A stretch of DNA of 62,912 nt, filler included, from Octopus bimaculoides (Eukaryota), in the NCBI RefSeq assembly GCF_001194135.2. It is 5 parts of 4 records of this genome, joined end to end, with 100 filler letters (N's around TTAATTAATTAA, not from the genome) between each part and the next. Parts side by side here need not be neighbours in the genome. Positions count along the whole stretch, not along the records: positions 1 to 20,297 come from NC_068981.1; 4 more parts are not named here. One strand, 5' to 3'. The notes below the pieces were generated by a model, which was given only the letters and a program-made list of their open reading frames with translations, was not told the DNA's origin and searched no databases. The translations under genes were made by a program, and so were the position numbers. Shown here one piece after another: positions 1 to 12,879 of this stretch; within the stretch, counting starts at the first letter, position 1, and every line of letters starts with the position of its first letter.

Positions 1-1528
1 CCGTCAAAAAAACCTATCTCCACAAAGAACAAAACCGCCACCCACAATACAGACAGATATAGGTGAGTGAACACATACAAAAGTATGCTAGGAAGCTTAA
101 TCCTAATTTCCTAATTTTCCTCTTCTATCAATGTTCTCAGAACACCTCAGTACAACAATGAATGAATAAAGAGGCAACTTTCATCAATAAATATCTTCCA
201 CAACTCAATATGAGCACATAACGTAATACAGAACACTACTAACCTTTTAATTAATTCCACCCACACATCCCATACACCATTCACAATACAAATCTATATC
301 TACCCTAATTGCACCAGATCCAGAACTACTTACCTTCCTTATACATAATCTTTTTTACTCAGGGACTAGTATACCCGACACCGTTCGGTAATCGGTGTGT
401 ATTCAAAGTAGTGATCAGCAATTTTACGAAACCGGTATGCTTTTGTATCTATTTAACAATTCACAATAATGAATTTATTACTTTTATTCATACCTGAGTT
501 CATCTAATTGTATATATCTATCGTTATTTTTCAAAGAAAGCCTTTATTTATTTATTTTATAAATTATTTTTTAAAATTTCCAATGTGCATTTTCGCTTAT
601 TTTTCGTCTAACTTTCCCTTTAGTTTCTATTTTCTTTTTGTAACACACACACACACACATATATATATNNNNNNNNNNNNNNNNNNNNNNNNNNNNNNNN
701 NNNNNNNNNNNNNNNNNNNNNNNNNNNNNNNNNNNNNNNNNNNNNNNNNNNNNNNNNNNNNNNNNNNNNNNNNNNNNNNNNNNNNNNNNNNNNNNNNNNN
801 NNNNNNNNNNNNNNNNNNNNNNNNNNNNNNNNNNNNNNNNNNNNNNNNNNNNNNNNNNNNNNNNNNNNNNNNNNNNNNNNNNNNNNNNNNNNNNNNNNNN
901 NNNNNNNNNNNNNNNNNNNNNNNNNNNNNNNNNNNNNNNNNNNNNNNNNNNNNNNNNNNNNNNNNNNNNNNNNNNNNNNNNNNNNNNNNNNNNNNNNNNN
1001 NNNNNNNNNNNNNNNNNNNNNNNNNNNNNNNNNNNNNNNNNNNNNNNNNNNNNNNNNNNNNNNNNNNNNNNNNNNNNNNNNNNNNNNNNNNNNNNNNNNN
1101 NNNNNNNNNNNNNNNNNNNNNNNNNNNNNNNNNNNNNNNNNNNNNNNNNNNNNNNNNNNNNNNNNNNNNNNNNNNNNNNNNNNNNNNNNNNNNNNNNNNN
1201 NNNNNNNNNNNNNNNNNNNNNNNNNNNNNNNNNNNNNNNNNNNNNNNNNNNNNNNNNNNNNNNNNNNNNNNNNNNNNNNNNNNNNNNNNNNNNNNNNNNN
1301 NNNNNNNNNNNNNNNNNNNNNNNNNNNNNNNNNNNNNNNNNNNNNNNNNNNNNNNNNNNNNNNNNNNNNNNNNNNNNNNNNNNNNNNNNNNNNNNNNNNN
1401 NNNNNNNNNNNNNNNNNNNNNNNNNNNNNNNNNNNNNNNNNNNNNNNNNNNNNNNNNNNNNNNNNNNNNNNNNNNNNNNTGTATGTGTGTGTGTGTATGT
1501 ATTATATATATATGTATGTATATATGCT

Positions 1529-1556
1529 TAGATAGATAGATAGATAGATAGATAGA
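1529..1556. repeat. (AGAT)n microsatellite
   Basis: Perfect tagatagatagat run, preceded by a GT/AT compound repeat that abuts an N-gap. Confidence 0.95.
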
Positions 1557-1978
1557 TTCATTTTATGTCGTATCTTTCTCTGTTTGCACATAATGCATGA
1601 CATTATTAATTAAAGAAGAAAATTAATAAAGTTATGAAGTTCAGCATACAGTATAATCAAACAGTGTAGGAAATGAGCAGTATTAATATAAGTAATTAAT
1701 ATTTAAGAAGTCCCAAGACATATGCTGGAATGCAATTAATTACGAGATATGATGAGAAATTCTTCAGAAGTTTATAAAATGTCATATGATTGGCTAGACA
1801 CTCACACACACAAAAATACATCCACAAACTTACATGCATGCGTTTATATATATCTATACCTATTTATATGTGTGTGTGTGCATGTGTGCACGCGCGTGTG
1901 TGTGTGTATAACCCTAGTAATCTATCCCTCTAATGATCTTGCTCTCTCTCTGTCTCTCTCTCGCTGTGAATACATACA

Positions 1979-2017
<39 letters not shown>

Positions 2018-2374
2018 AGAAAAAGAGAGAGAGACAGACAAAGAGCGAAAAGCATTATTATTCACTGAATATTTTAGTTAATTAAAGGCAAATGTGGATT
2101 TTATGATGAAACATTACGGAAACGCTGGTTGCCATATATTCATTGATGTGTTGAATAATTTTTAATATATTTAATTCAACTTATCTGTGATCGGTTAGGC
2201 GTCCAGCGGAATATTTTACTGTATTGAATTTGGTCCATCTATGCTCTGAATGAAGATCACGACAGACTTGATTAAACCGTTCGTCCGTCCACATTTTAAT
2301 AAAAGTACGCATATAGCACCATAAAACTAATCACGTATTAATCCACTCTATTTATCTATTCAGTTGACTTATTT

Positions 2375-2930
2375 AACCGGACCGAAGCAATGCATCCCAG
2401 CCAAATACCCGTTCTTCCTCATTCTGATATCCAGTGCCTTCCACAAATTCGTCGCTATATGGTCTTCTTGGTTGGTCGATACATGTATGTCTATGCTTGG
2501 GTGTCCAGAGCATGAAATCGCTTGATGTTTGGATGCTTTTACAAAAGTGTTCCTTTTTTTTTTCTTTTCTCTGGTTACTTTGATGATTGCAAGAAGGCTG
2601 GCATAGGGTCAGTGCTTTGCATATTTTTTTACTGTCGAGAAAGACTGAGAACTGCATGAAACATTTTGAACCCTCAAGCAGTGTAAATTGTGAAAAAAAA
2701 TAAACACAGTAAAGTACAGACTCAAAGACTCCTTTTCATGTTGTCAGGAAGGAAAAACTTCTATATAATTCTGAGTTTTGTCTAAGGTATTCCATGCTTT
2801 TCCCATTCCTTACTCCACTCAAATCTCTTCAAACGTGTGAACGTGTCAGATCGATTTTTAAAGAAGCTTCTAGTGGTGTTGACCGATCCCCAATCACAAA
2901 ATTCCTTATCTCACTGAATACAATCATATC
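2375..2930 (-). mobile_element. Decayed RTE/RTE-X-like LINE, 3' part of ORF2
   Basis: Frameshifted minus-strand pieces read GKAWNTLDK, FESVLYC and SDFMLWTPKHRHTCIDQPRRPYSDEFVEGTG. These resemble the post-RT region of RTE-type LINEs (RIxKAWxxL..ESVLLYG..LLWxPxHG..GRPxxTYxD). Recognised from memory only. Confidence 0.55.
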
Positions 2931-5445
2931 CACTCTCTTTCTCTGGCTCTCTGTTTCTCTGTCTGTTTCTCTCTCTGTCTCTGTCTGCCTGTCTGTCTGT
3001 CTGTCTCTCTCCTTGTCTCGCTCATTCTGTTTGTTGNNNNNNNNNNNNNNNNNNNNNNNNNNNNNNNNNNNNNNNNNNNNNNNNNNNNNNNNNNNNNNNN
3101 NNNNNNNNNNNNNNNNNNNNNNNNNNNNNNNNNNNNNNNNNNNNNNNNNNNNNNNNNNNNNNNNNNNNNNNNNNNNNNNNNNNNNNNNNNNNNNNNNNNN
3201 NNNNNNNNNNNNNNNNNNNNNNNNNNNNNNNNNNNNNNNNNNNNNNNNNNNNNNNNNNNNNNNNNNNNNNNNNNNNNNNNNNNNNNNNNNNNNNNNNNNN
3301 NNNNNNNNNNNNNNNNNNNNNNNNTATATATATATATATATATATATATCAAGAGTTTGATGCAGTTATTTCTATCATAACTTATTGCGTGGGAAAAAAT
3401 TCCATATAACTTTATAGATATTTTCTACGTTAAATTTTGCATTAGTTATTTCTGAAAAACAAAATTGTCTATGCCAGTAATATTTACAATTGTGCATTTG
3501 AGAATAAAACATTTATTCACAATTTTGTTCAAATTGTTTTCTGACTGACTATAATTGATGTCTTGAAATAGTATTTCACATGCTCATTTCTGTTCGTAAC
3601 TGTGTGTATGTGTGCGCGAACGATTGATCATGTGTAAATATATAGATATGTTATAATGCTTGTGTGCGTCTATACGCATGTGCACGCGCGCCAGCGCGTG
3701 TGTTAATGCACAAGTACACAACGCACACACACATATATATGCATATACATATACATATATATGCATATATATGTTTGTGTATAATCATGTGTGTGTAAGT
3801 ATGTATGTGTCTGACAAATGTTAAGGGAAACATCGTGTCTTATATTGCCATATAAAACGTAGCGTGGCAAATAAGATATCATACATCGAAGAATGATTGC
3901 AAAATTCATGAATTCCAATTTTTACTAAGATTAAATGCGTACATGGATTGTTTTTTTCAGTCTGTTTGTTGAAGATAAACTTTAGAAATTGCAACCAAAA
4001 CGATTAAGACAGTTATAGGTAGACATTTTTATGATTCCAATTTTACAGAAAATAAATCTTAATTTAGTCTTAATTTAAATGTTTTAAAGTAATCTACAGT
4101 GCAAGACTATAAGAATATAAGTAATTTAATCATCATATATCTTAAGTTAACATTCCTTATAAATCAACATCGCATTTCATCGATAGAGGCCAATATAAGA
4201 TTCCCATTCAGAGCTGTAGATTGGTAGAACTCTGAGGACGCCAACCCTTATGATTCATGTATTTTTGTGAGTCACTGTGTTCCGATGTCAATTCCCATCC
4301 AGGTTTACTTGAGCAGTACCTATATTAGGTAGAAATATATAACACAATCACCCGGCAACGTGGGTACCCTTCGCAACGACTGCTCTGTTGCTAATATTCC
4401 ACCCGAATATTCTGTTTGAGGATATTTTCCTCCCTATCTTCCACCAAATTTGGAAGAATGACAATTATTCTGCAGGCCCAGCAAAAACACACATAAAGCA
4501 TTGTATATACACAGCTCCTGAACTCAAGTGAAGTGTTGTTTTTGCTCGTTTTATAAGGAAAATATTTCTTGTACGACTTCAAATATCGAGCAGGAAATTA
4601 ATATTTAGATGGCGGTGCATTGTACTAAGCAGATATTACTCTAAAATCTAAAACTTTCCAACTGTTTCTGGTCAGGTAAGAAATTGACGGTGTGACTGAT
4701 TAGAATTCTGAGGAAAACAGCCTCCCAAAAATCTTCAAGGAATCAAAAGAGTTGTCATGAAGATGAAGTTACTATCAGGTATATTTGAATGCTACTCTCT
4801 CTATGATATTAACTTTCAGATATCAAATTATATCTATATTCAAAACTGTTCAGAATCGCAAAAGGTGTAACTACTCGATAGCCTGATGGCTACTGGACAG
4901 AGAACATAATAAATGAGAAGGGACAATACCAGAGAGAATGGTACATCGAAGCATATAACTAACAAACTGACAAAATGAGACTGACGAAATACGAAATTTC
5001 ACAATTAAAAGAGTTATAGAGTTATAGAGAAAGAGGATATCATTATGGAACTTAGCAGAGAAAGCCATAGCGAGAGCAGATGATAACATACCTACCACAA
5101 AAAACGTACGACTACAATTATAGATATAAAACAAATATAACACCAGATATAACAGCAAAAACAGTGAATTAAAATAGATCAACCAACGAAAGATCAAATC
5201 CCAAAAACAACCACATACAAGCGCTTAATAAAACCGAAGTAAGCAAAAGCATAAACTACTTCTGTGTAAAGGAATCGATCTGAAATTATCGACTAAGAAC
5301 TTTAGAGTTTACATGAATACGAATTTAGTTCAAATAAGTATGGCATGTAATAAGTATAGCATATTTTATTCGTTGACAAATTAGATCATTTAAAATTTAG
5401 AGACGCACATAAAAAGGCATATGCATACACACACAAACATATATT

Positions 5446-5479
<34 letters not shown>

Positions 5480-5480
<1 letters not shown>

Positions 5481-5540
5481 GTTTCTTTATTAGCCACACA
5501 GGGCTCAACACAGAGGGGACAAAATACAAATGTAGAGTTT
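5480..5540 (-). mobile_element. SINE 3' tail fragment next to an (AGAT)n run
   Basis: tttctttattagccacacagggctcaacacagaggggacaa is the approximate reverse complement of the 3' end of the SINE copy at 31028-31265 (ttgttccctct...ttagcccgttgtgggcaataacgaaata). Confidence 0.65.
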
Positions 5541-6342
5541 TTCTTTTCGAGGGGGTCGAAAACAAAGCAGAAAAAAAAAAACAAAAGTGGGGACAACGAT
5601 GAAAAAAAACATCGCAAAACGTTTGGGGTATTTACAAAAAATACGANNNNNNNNNNNNNNNNNNNNNNNNNNNNNNNNNNNNNNNNNNNNNNNNNNNNNN
5701 NNNNNNNNNNNNNNNNNNNNNNNNNNNNNNNNNNNNNNNNNNNNNNNNNNNNNNNNNNNNNNNNNNNNNNNNNNNNNNNNNNNNNNNNNNNNNNNNNNNN
5801 NNNNNNNNNNNNNNNNNNNNNNNNNNNNNNNNNNNNNNNNNNNNNNNNNNNNNNNNNNNNNNNNNNNNNNNNNNNNNNNNNNNNNNNNNNNNNNNNNNNN
5901 NNNNNNNNNNNNNNNNNNNNNNNNNNNNNNNNNNNNNNNNNNNNNNNNNNNNNNNNNNNNNNNNNNNNNNNNNNNNNNNNNNNNNNNNNNNNNNNNNNNN
6001 NNNNNNNNNNNNNNNNNNNNNNNNNNNNNNNNNNNNNNNNNNNNNNNNNNNNNNNNNNNNNNNNNNNNNNNNNNNNNNNNNNNNNNNNNNNNNNNNNNNN
6101 NNNNNNNNNNNNNNNNNNNNNNNNNNNNNNNNNNNNNNNNNNNNNNNNNNNNNNNNNNNNNNNNNNNNNNNNNNNNNNNNNNNNNNNNNNNNNNNNNNNN
6201 NNNNNNNNNNNNNNNNNNNNNNNNNNNNNNNNNNNNNNNNNNNNNNNNNNNNNNNNNNNNNNNNNNNNNNNNNNNNNNNNNNNNNNNNNNNNNNNNNNNN
6301 NNNNNNNNNNNNNNNNNNNNNNNNNNNNNNNNNNNNNNNNNN

Positions 6343-6376
<34 letters not shown>

Positions 6377-6410
6377 TGTATGTATGTATGTGTGTATGTA
6401 TGTATGTATG

Positions 6411-7685
6411 TATAGGATCAGCCCATAAATAATGCGGTTTTTTTCAATTGTGTGAACTAAAAGTCGGAGGTGGGCGAGAAAACTACGTGCATCAACTTGC
6501 TATAAAAGCAGGTAGTAATTTTACCTTGTATTTATTCTTAGTGCCTGTTTCGATAAGTGTAGTTCGATATTATCAGTTGTATTTTCAAAGCTATAATGGA
6601 ATTGACAAAGAAGCATATTCACCACATTTTGCATTATGAGTTCAATAAAGGCAACAACGCAACGGGAGAAGCAAGGAATATGAATGCAGTATAATGGGAT
6701 CGGACATTAAGCGTAAACCAGTGTCAACGGTGGTTCCAGAGATTCCGAGCCAGAAACTACAATCTAGAAGATGAGCCCCATCCTGGAAGATCTATAGTGC
6801 TCGACGAGAACGTCTTGCAAACCCTGGTGGAACGAAATCCCATTATAATTGTTGAGTAACTAGCAGAGAAGCTTGGATTTTGTCATTTACTATTCATCGA
6901 CAACTGCGTGCCATCGGGCAAGTCAGCAAATTGGGTCAATGGGTTCCTCACGAACAATCTGAGTCTAATTGCGTGCAGTGAATAAATGTGTGCTCTTCTT
7001 AGCTGTCACGTCTCACGATTGAACCTTTTTGGACCGAATAATGAATGGTGACGAGAAATGAGTTTTCTATAAAAACATCAAACGCCGAAGACTGTGGGTA
7101 GGGAATGGAGAAACACCGGCACCCCAGGCTGATGAAGGTCTTCACTCACATAAGGTGTTATATGCTTGCTGGGATATGAAACGTTTAGTAAATTTGAACT
7201 TTTATACCCAAACCAAACGATAACACAGGAGATCTATTCCGAGTAGCCTGAGCGGCTTCTGTTAACGCTAGAAGAGAAACGACCATCTTTGGTTTCAAGA
7301 CGAAAGGTGTTCTTCCATCAGGATATTGCTCTGCCAAGGATGACATTCCAAAGGCTGGAGCAGTTTGAATGGCAAACCACGCTCCGCCCACCATATTGGT
7401 TGAACATTGCCCCATCTGATTATCAGTTATTCTGCAGTCTTCAAAATCATTTGGACGCAAAAAATATGAATTCTGTAGACGAGGTCAGAACAGTAATGGA
7501 GGAGTATTTTTCGTCACAGTCATGTGAATTTTGGAAGAGGGATTTTGCAAGTCTACCAGACAAATGGAGGAGCATTGTAGAAAATGAAGGAAAGTATATT
7601 TTAGAATAAAGAAGAACTTTGGTTATCTCAATTTTGAAAAATAAAGAAAGTATGAGGAAAATTGCATTATTTATGGTATGACCCA

Positions 7686-7688
<3 letters not shown>
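6411..7688 (+). mobile_element. Full-length defective mariner (Tc1/mariner) DNA transposon
   Basis: TA flanks at 6411-12 and 7687-88. TIRs are taggatcagcccataaataatgc and the reverse complement ttgggtcataccataaataatgc. The element is about 1274 bp and carries a transposase remnant. Confidence 0.95.
6596..7609 (+). pseudogene. Mariner transposase pseudogene with several stops and frameshifts
   Basis: ATG at 6596 gives MELTKKHIHHILHYEFNKGNNA..QRWFQRFR..LEDEPHPGR, then GQWVPHE, GDEK (D at 7050), HQDIA (D at 7322), PPYWLNIAPSDY (D at 7418) and the end LPDKWRSIVENEGKYILE*. Confidence 0.93.
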
Positions 7689-7729
<41 letters not shown>

Positions 7730-7919
7730 GTATATATGTATTATACATATATACATCCATGCACACATAAATAAGGCTATGTTAAACGAAACCAAAAAGA
7801 AAAAAGAAAGCAAATATGACTGAAGCCGATTCTCCAAATGCAATCCGTTAGTGGCATAGTGAAGATTTGTTTAACATTCCAATGTTTCTCCATCTGAGAT
7901 TCATTAGGTGAATTCGGTC

Positions 7920-7961
7920 GAGCTGTCGATGCACACACTTGGGTGCGTGCATCGACAGCTC
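7920..7961. other. Isolated GC-rich hairpin: 15 bp perfect stem plus 3 bp inner stem and 4 nt loop
   Basis: gagctgtcgatgcac-a-cac-ttgg-gtg-c-gtgcatcgacagctc. Confidence 0.85.
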
Positions 7962-8524
7962 AACAAGTACAACAACTGAACCACATGTTTTCAAACACTG
8001 GGAACTCTCTAGTTTCCAAAATCGTTTCGCTTTGCAAACAACCGCTTTGAGCTCTCTTAAAAACTTAAATAAAGCTCAACGAAAAAACATACACACTCAC
8101 AAATATATAGCATCGATTATTTTATGGAAACTATAAAATAGATTCGACTTGACTTTATTCCAGGAAATATTTCGATGTTCTTTACTTATTGTTACTCTAA
8201 AAGTCACATATGTGTTCCAAATTGGTTTTCTCTTCACAAATACAATGGCATTGAATTTACAACATTCTACGCTGCCCGTAAAGTTACACTTCCGGAATGC
8301 TTCCTAGAATGATTTTTATGTATGGTTCATATTTGTGAACAGTTAGCAAACGATATTGAAAGAACTATTCATTATCATCACGCTTCAGTGAACCAGTCTG
8401 TAAACATGCTGTTCCTGTTTTCTATCTCTTATGTTGCTATTATAACGCTTCCCGCTAGTCTAAACTGCATTTACACTACCACCCAAAGATATATGTATAT
8501 ATATATGTGTGTGTATGTGTGTGT

Positions 8525-8564
<40 letters not shown>

Positions 8565-10015
8565 GTGTGCGCGCGCGCGCGATACAATTATTTCTCTTTC
8601 CGTCATCTGTCCGGTATTCTTCCCCTCCTCCAAATACTGCAAAAACTTATCATTATAGATTGAAATTATACAGGAAATGTTTGCTTTGTTGAAAAGGCAA
8701 TTAAAGTTGAAATTAATCATGCTTGACCAGAGTAATTTAGGACTGACTGAAAAAGTGATGTATCATTGTAAAATACTCTATAAGCATTTGTTTGTTTATA
8801 ATGTTATAGAATAGCATAACATGGCTGTACATTACGTAAATGTTTTAGCTAAGAAATAATTTTCGCTTCTTACTTTTATTCTACGTTTTTTATTCTCTTT
8901 TATTCTATTCCCATCCACTTCGTTTCTGAGTCCATGTGTATTTCCTTATGTGTGTTCAAATAATTTCATAATACAGAATTACTTATCAAAAGTAAATATG
9001 TTTGTCTTCATTTCCTTTATCCAAAACATTGTGGCATTGCTTGTATATAATTTAGCTTAGCTTACCAAAATTTCCGTTAAAATCAAGTGAAGCTAAGAGA
9101 GAAAAAATATGAAATTATTACGTATGCTTGTTGAATATCATGCTTTTCAGAGAGCATGGAATAAATAAGGCGTTAAAACAAAGTATTGAAAAGATAGAAA
9201 CCAAAAGAAAAGAACGTTGTATTAACGTTTTTGACTTGATATTCTGGACTATAATCACCCACAACCAACCTTCAGTTTCTTCCGCGTCTTTTAGAGAAGA
9301 AAAAAACATTTTAGATTTCCAAAGAAAATCATCAAAATAGTTTGTAATACAAATAATATGACCATTAAAACAATAAGCACAAACAGAAATGCAATACTAC
9401 AAATAGAAGTGTCCATGTGTGTTGAAGCATGATATTTCGGAAATGTAACAGTATTTCTTGAGGAAATTTCAACGATGATAATATTGAGTTATATTCTAAA
9501 TAGACAGATTTAGTGAAACATATTTACAGTGACGATGAAAATGTGAGTGTAATAAGCAGAAAGATAAAGTAAGAGTGACAAATAGAATGTGTTACAGTGA
9601 GGTGGGTAAAAATATAGAGAAATAGAAAAATTGGAATGTGCATGCACATAAGCAGAGATACACACAAAATACACATACAGACTCGAGCATAGATATATTT
9701 GTATTTATATGTGTGCACTTGTTATCAATACAATATTGCTTTTATGTACACACATACGTATCTTTTCTCTCTCGCTCGCTCGCGTTCTCTCTCTCTCTCT
9801 CTCTTTCTGTATATATACTTTTTATGACTCGTATTTTGAATATACGAGTTTCTCGCTGTGAAGGGAATTCTAAAAATAGAAAATGGGCATAAAACAATGG
9901 GATATTTTAGGTGGGCCAGCAGTTCTCCGAAAGCCACTCACCTGATAGCATGCACAACTACTGCTGCATCATATTACTATAATATTTATGAAATAATATG
10001 TATAATATGAAAGAC

Positions 10016-10195
10016 GGCGAGCTGGCAGAAACGTTAGCACGGTGGGCGGAATGCTTAGCGGTATTTCGTCTACTGTTACGATCTAAGTTCAAATACAGAT
10101 GAGGTCGACTTCGGCTTACATTATTTTGGGGTCGATAATTTAAGTACCAATTGCGATCTGATCGACTGGCCCCCTCCCCAAACTAGAAAAGAATA
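10016..10195 (+). mobile_element. tRNA-derived SINE with a CORE-like segment (octopus OR-like)
   Basis: ggcgagctggcagaaacgttagcac..gcttagcggtatttcgtc..gaggtcgact..ggggtcgataatttaagtacc, homologous to the copy at 31028. Confidence 0.8.
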
Positions 10196-10717
10196 TGTAT
10201 AATGCGAGACGCTGAGAATCTTACTACTGGCCTTAATGCAAAAATCAATTGTGATAAGGACTAAACCCACTCCGTTGCATTTACTTGTATTATACTATGA
10301 ATTCCGCGTATACTGATCGATTTCCAAACGTATATCCAGAAAAATGAGTATTCTTGGTGTATGTGAGCATATAATAGCTGATAACCGTAATGGACCTTTG
10401 AAATGTTCATTTACCACTCAGATTATATATATATATATATATATATATATNNNNNNNNNNNNNNNNNNNNNNNNNNNNNNNNNNNNNNNNNNNNNNNNNN
10501 NNNNNNNNNNNNNNNNNNNNNNNNNNNNNNNNNNNNNNNNNNNNNNNNNNNNNNNNNNNNNNNNNNNNNNNNNNNNNNNNNNNNNNNNNNNNNNNNNNNN
10601 NNNNNNNNNNNNNNNNNNNNNNNNNNNNNNNNNNNNNNNNNNNNNNNNNNNNNNNNNNNNNNNNNNNNNNNNNNNNNNNNNNNNNNNNNNNNNNNNNNNN
10701 TATATATATATATATAT

Positions 10718-11050
10718 GCGTACGAGTGGCTGTGTGGTAAGTAGCTTGCTTAATAACCGCATGGTTCCGCGCTCAGTCCTACTACGTGGCACCTTGGGTA
10801 AGTGTCTTCTACTTTAGCCTTGTGAGTCGTATATATATAGACATGTGTATATGTTTGTGTGTCTGTGTTTGTCCCTCGTTTGATGACCGGTGTTAATGTG
10901 TTTAGGTTTTCGTAACCTAGCGGTTCGGACAAAGAGACCGATAGAATAGGTTCTAGGCTTACAAACAATAACTCCTGAGGTCGTTTTGTTCGACTAAAAG
11001 GCGGTGCTCCAGCATAGCCGCGATCAAATGACTAAAACAAATAAAAGAGT
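10718..11050 (+). mobile_element. tRNA-derived SINE, second family
   Basis: tRNA-like head (tggctgtgtggtaag..ggttccgcgctcagtcc), then ggcaccttgggtaagtgtcttctact, an internal GT repeat, and a 3' ggcggtgctccagcatagccgc..aaaagag end. Parts recur at 11165, 46570, 55400 and 60678. Confidence 0.8.
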
Positions 11051-11164
11051 GTATATTTAATATGTTTGTTAATGTTGATGTAACATCTTTTAAGTAACTA
11101 ACACGATTATGAAACGACAGTAAACGAATGGAATAAACATCGACTCTCTGTTGGATTATTTCTC

Positions 11165-11392
11165 TTATCCGTTCTATTTGTGTTCTATGCCTGTCTTTGT
11201 ATCTGCGTTATACCCCGTTTCACCACTTGAATACCGACGTCGGTGTGTTTATTTTCAAATAACTTTTACAGTTCGCCCAAAGTGACCGACAAAATTACTG
11301 ATATCGATTCGTTCATCTAAAATTATTCAAGGTGGTGCCCCAGCATGACCACAGTCTAATGATAGAAAGAAATGAAAGATAAAAGATAAACG
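11165..11392 (+). mobile_element. SINE 3' half
   Basis: ggtggtgccccagcatgaccacagtc..aaagataaaagataaa matches the 3' end of the 10718 family. Confidence 0.65.
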
Positions 11393-12000
11393 TCCAATAT
11401 ATGATTGTATGTAATGTTGACACATGTATCAGGTGCCAGTTTCAGGGGCTTTTGGGGTTTTTTTTTTAATGCAGTAATTTTTTACACCATGGCTTATGTT
11501 AAAATCTTAGCGAAAGCAGTTTCAAATATTGACCTAACATAAAGGAATCTACTTCAAATAACATGGCTGGTGACTGGTAATATCAACACCAAATCTACTG
11601 AAGATCCACCAAATGAAAATATCAAAAGCTGAAGAACTGAATCGAAAAATTGAAGAAGTGGCTATAGGAGAGATCGTAATTGGAAAGTTTATTTTTCATG
11701 CAGTGATGAATTCAATAATGACTTATTTAATTGTTATAAAATTGCGAAAGAAAATCCCCTGAAGGCTGTGCGGAAATAATTAAATCCTACGGCGATTAAC
11801 TTCGTCTAGAACTGAAACATTTTACGGTGTAACAATTGTATCAACAGGGGACATTTGCTAAAATTGCTTCATCAGTTGATTTGTAGTAATCTTTTTATCC
11901 GAAAATGACAAATATAATTTTATTCTGAAAAGAAAAAAAAATACACAAAACTATCACACGAATATTACTCTAGATCAGGCACGATGTCCAGAATAAATAA

Positions 12001-12022
12001 CGCTGCTGAACTGCTGCTGCTG

Positions 12023-12087
<65 letters not shown>

Positions 12088-12123
12088 ACTACTACTACTA
12101 TTACCGCAACAACCATTACTACA

Positions 12124-12161
<38 letters not shown>

Positions 12162-12350
12162 TAATACTACTACCACCACCACTACTAATACCACCACCAC
12201 CACCACCACCACTACCACCACAACCACCACCACTATTACTACTACTACTACTACTACTGCTACTACTACTACTACTGCTACTACTACTACTACTACTACT
12301 ACTTCCGCTGCTGCTATTATTACCACCACCTCTATTATTATGACTGCTAC
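12001..12350. repeat. Compound trinucleotide array (CTG/CTA/CCA/TTA)
   Basis: Continuous triplet tracts with switching motifs. This is the source of the poly-S, poly-V and poly-L ORFs. Confidence 0.95.
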
Positions 12351-12879
12351 TGCGATGTCTGCTTAGCAATCCAGCTGACCGCACTGTGTTGGCATGAAAC
12401 CAAACTGACTGCCAACACGCTGTCAGCGATTTTACCAACGACAATGACAATAACAGAAAAAATATTCCACTTGTTGGCAGAGTGAAGAGTATAAACGTTT
12501 GAAAGAGAAGATTATTTTATTTGTAAAACTATCTTTTGAGAAAAGACATCGAACAAGTATAAATAATACAATAAGCATATGAACTGACTCTAACAGAGCT
12601 TAAAGAAACAGGGGACAAAAAATTTCAAAAATGTTGCAAGCTCCTCATTTATATTACATTTTGATAACGGGAAATAAATTATTTGGAAAGGTAGAAGAAT
12701 TAAAGAAAATGCAAATCCATGTAGCAGTGCCATCCTTGGATTTGAAGATGATGAAGAGGACAGTTGTTGATCTACGATGAGCGATAAGCCATGTTGCGTG
12801 CTTATCGCATGCAAACATAAAAATTTGTTCACCCCCCCACTAACTTAGACTGAAAATTATTGTGGAAAATTCGTTAGAA

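Noticed and set aside
508-1539. Long ORFs spanning N-gaps (also at 5587, 21055, 31687, 47307, 54733, 56576 and 59378)
   Set aside because: Their length comes from N translated as X plus TA/GT/CA repeat flanks.
4979-5000. CTGACGA..GAAA at 4980 and CTGAAGG..GAAA at about 42178 as hammerheads
   Set aside because: No stem II pairing in the first, and no stem I or stem III support in the second.
9936-9944. Consensus minus-strand donor CAG|GTGAGT
   Set aside because: The upstream segment has only a weak acceptor and stops in all frames. A similar case is the plus-strand donor at about 25170.
11965-12450. Poly-Ser, poly-Val and poly-Leu ORFs
   Set aside because: Trinucleotide array open in several frames. 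The same applies to the ORFs at 36.5-36.9 kb and 38.85-39.2 kb.
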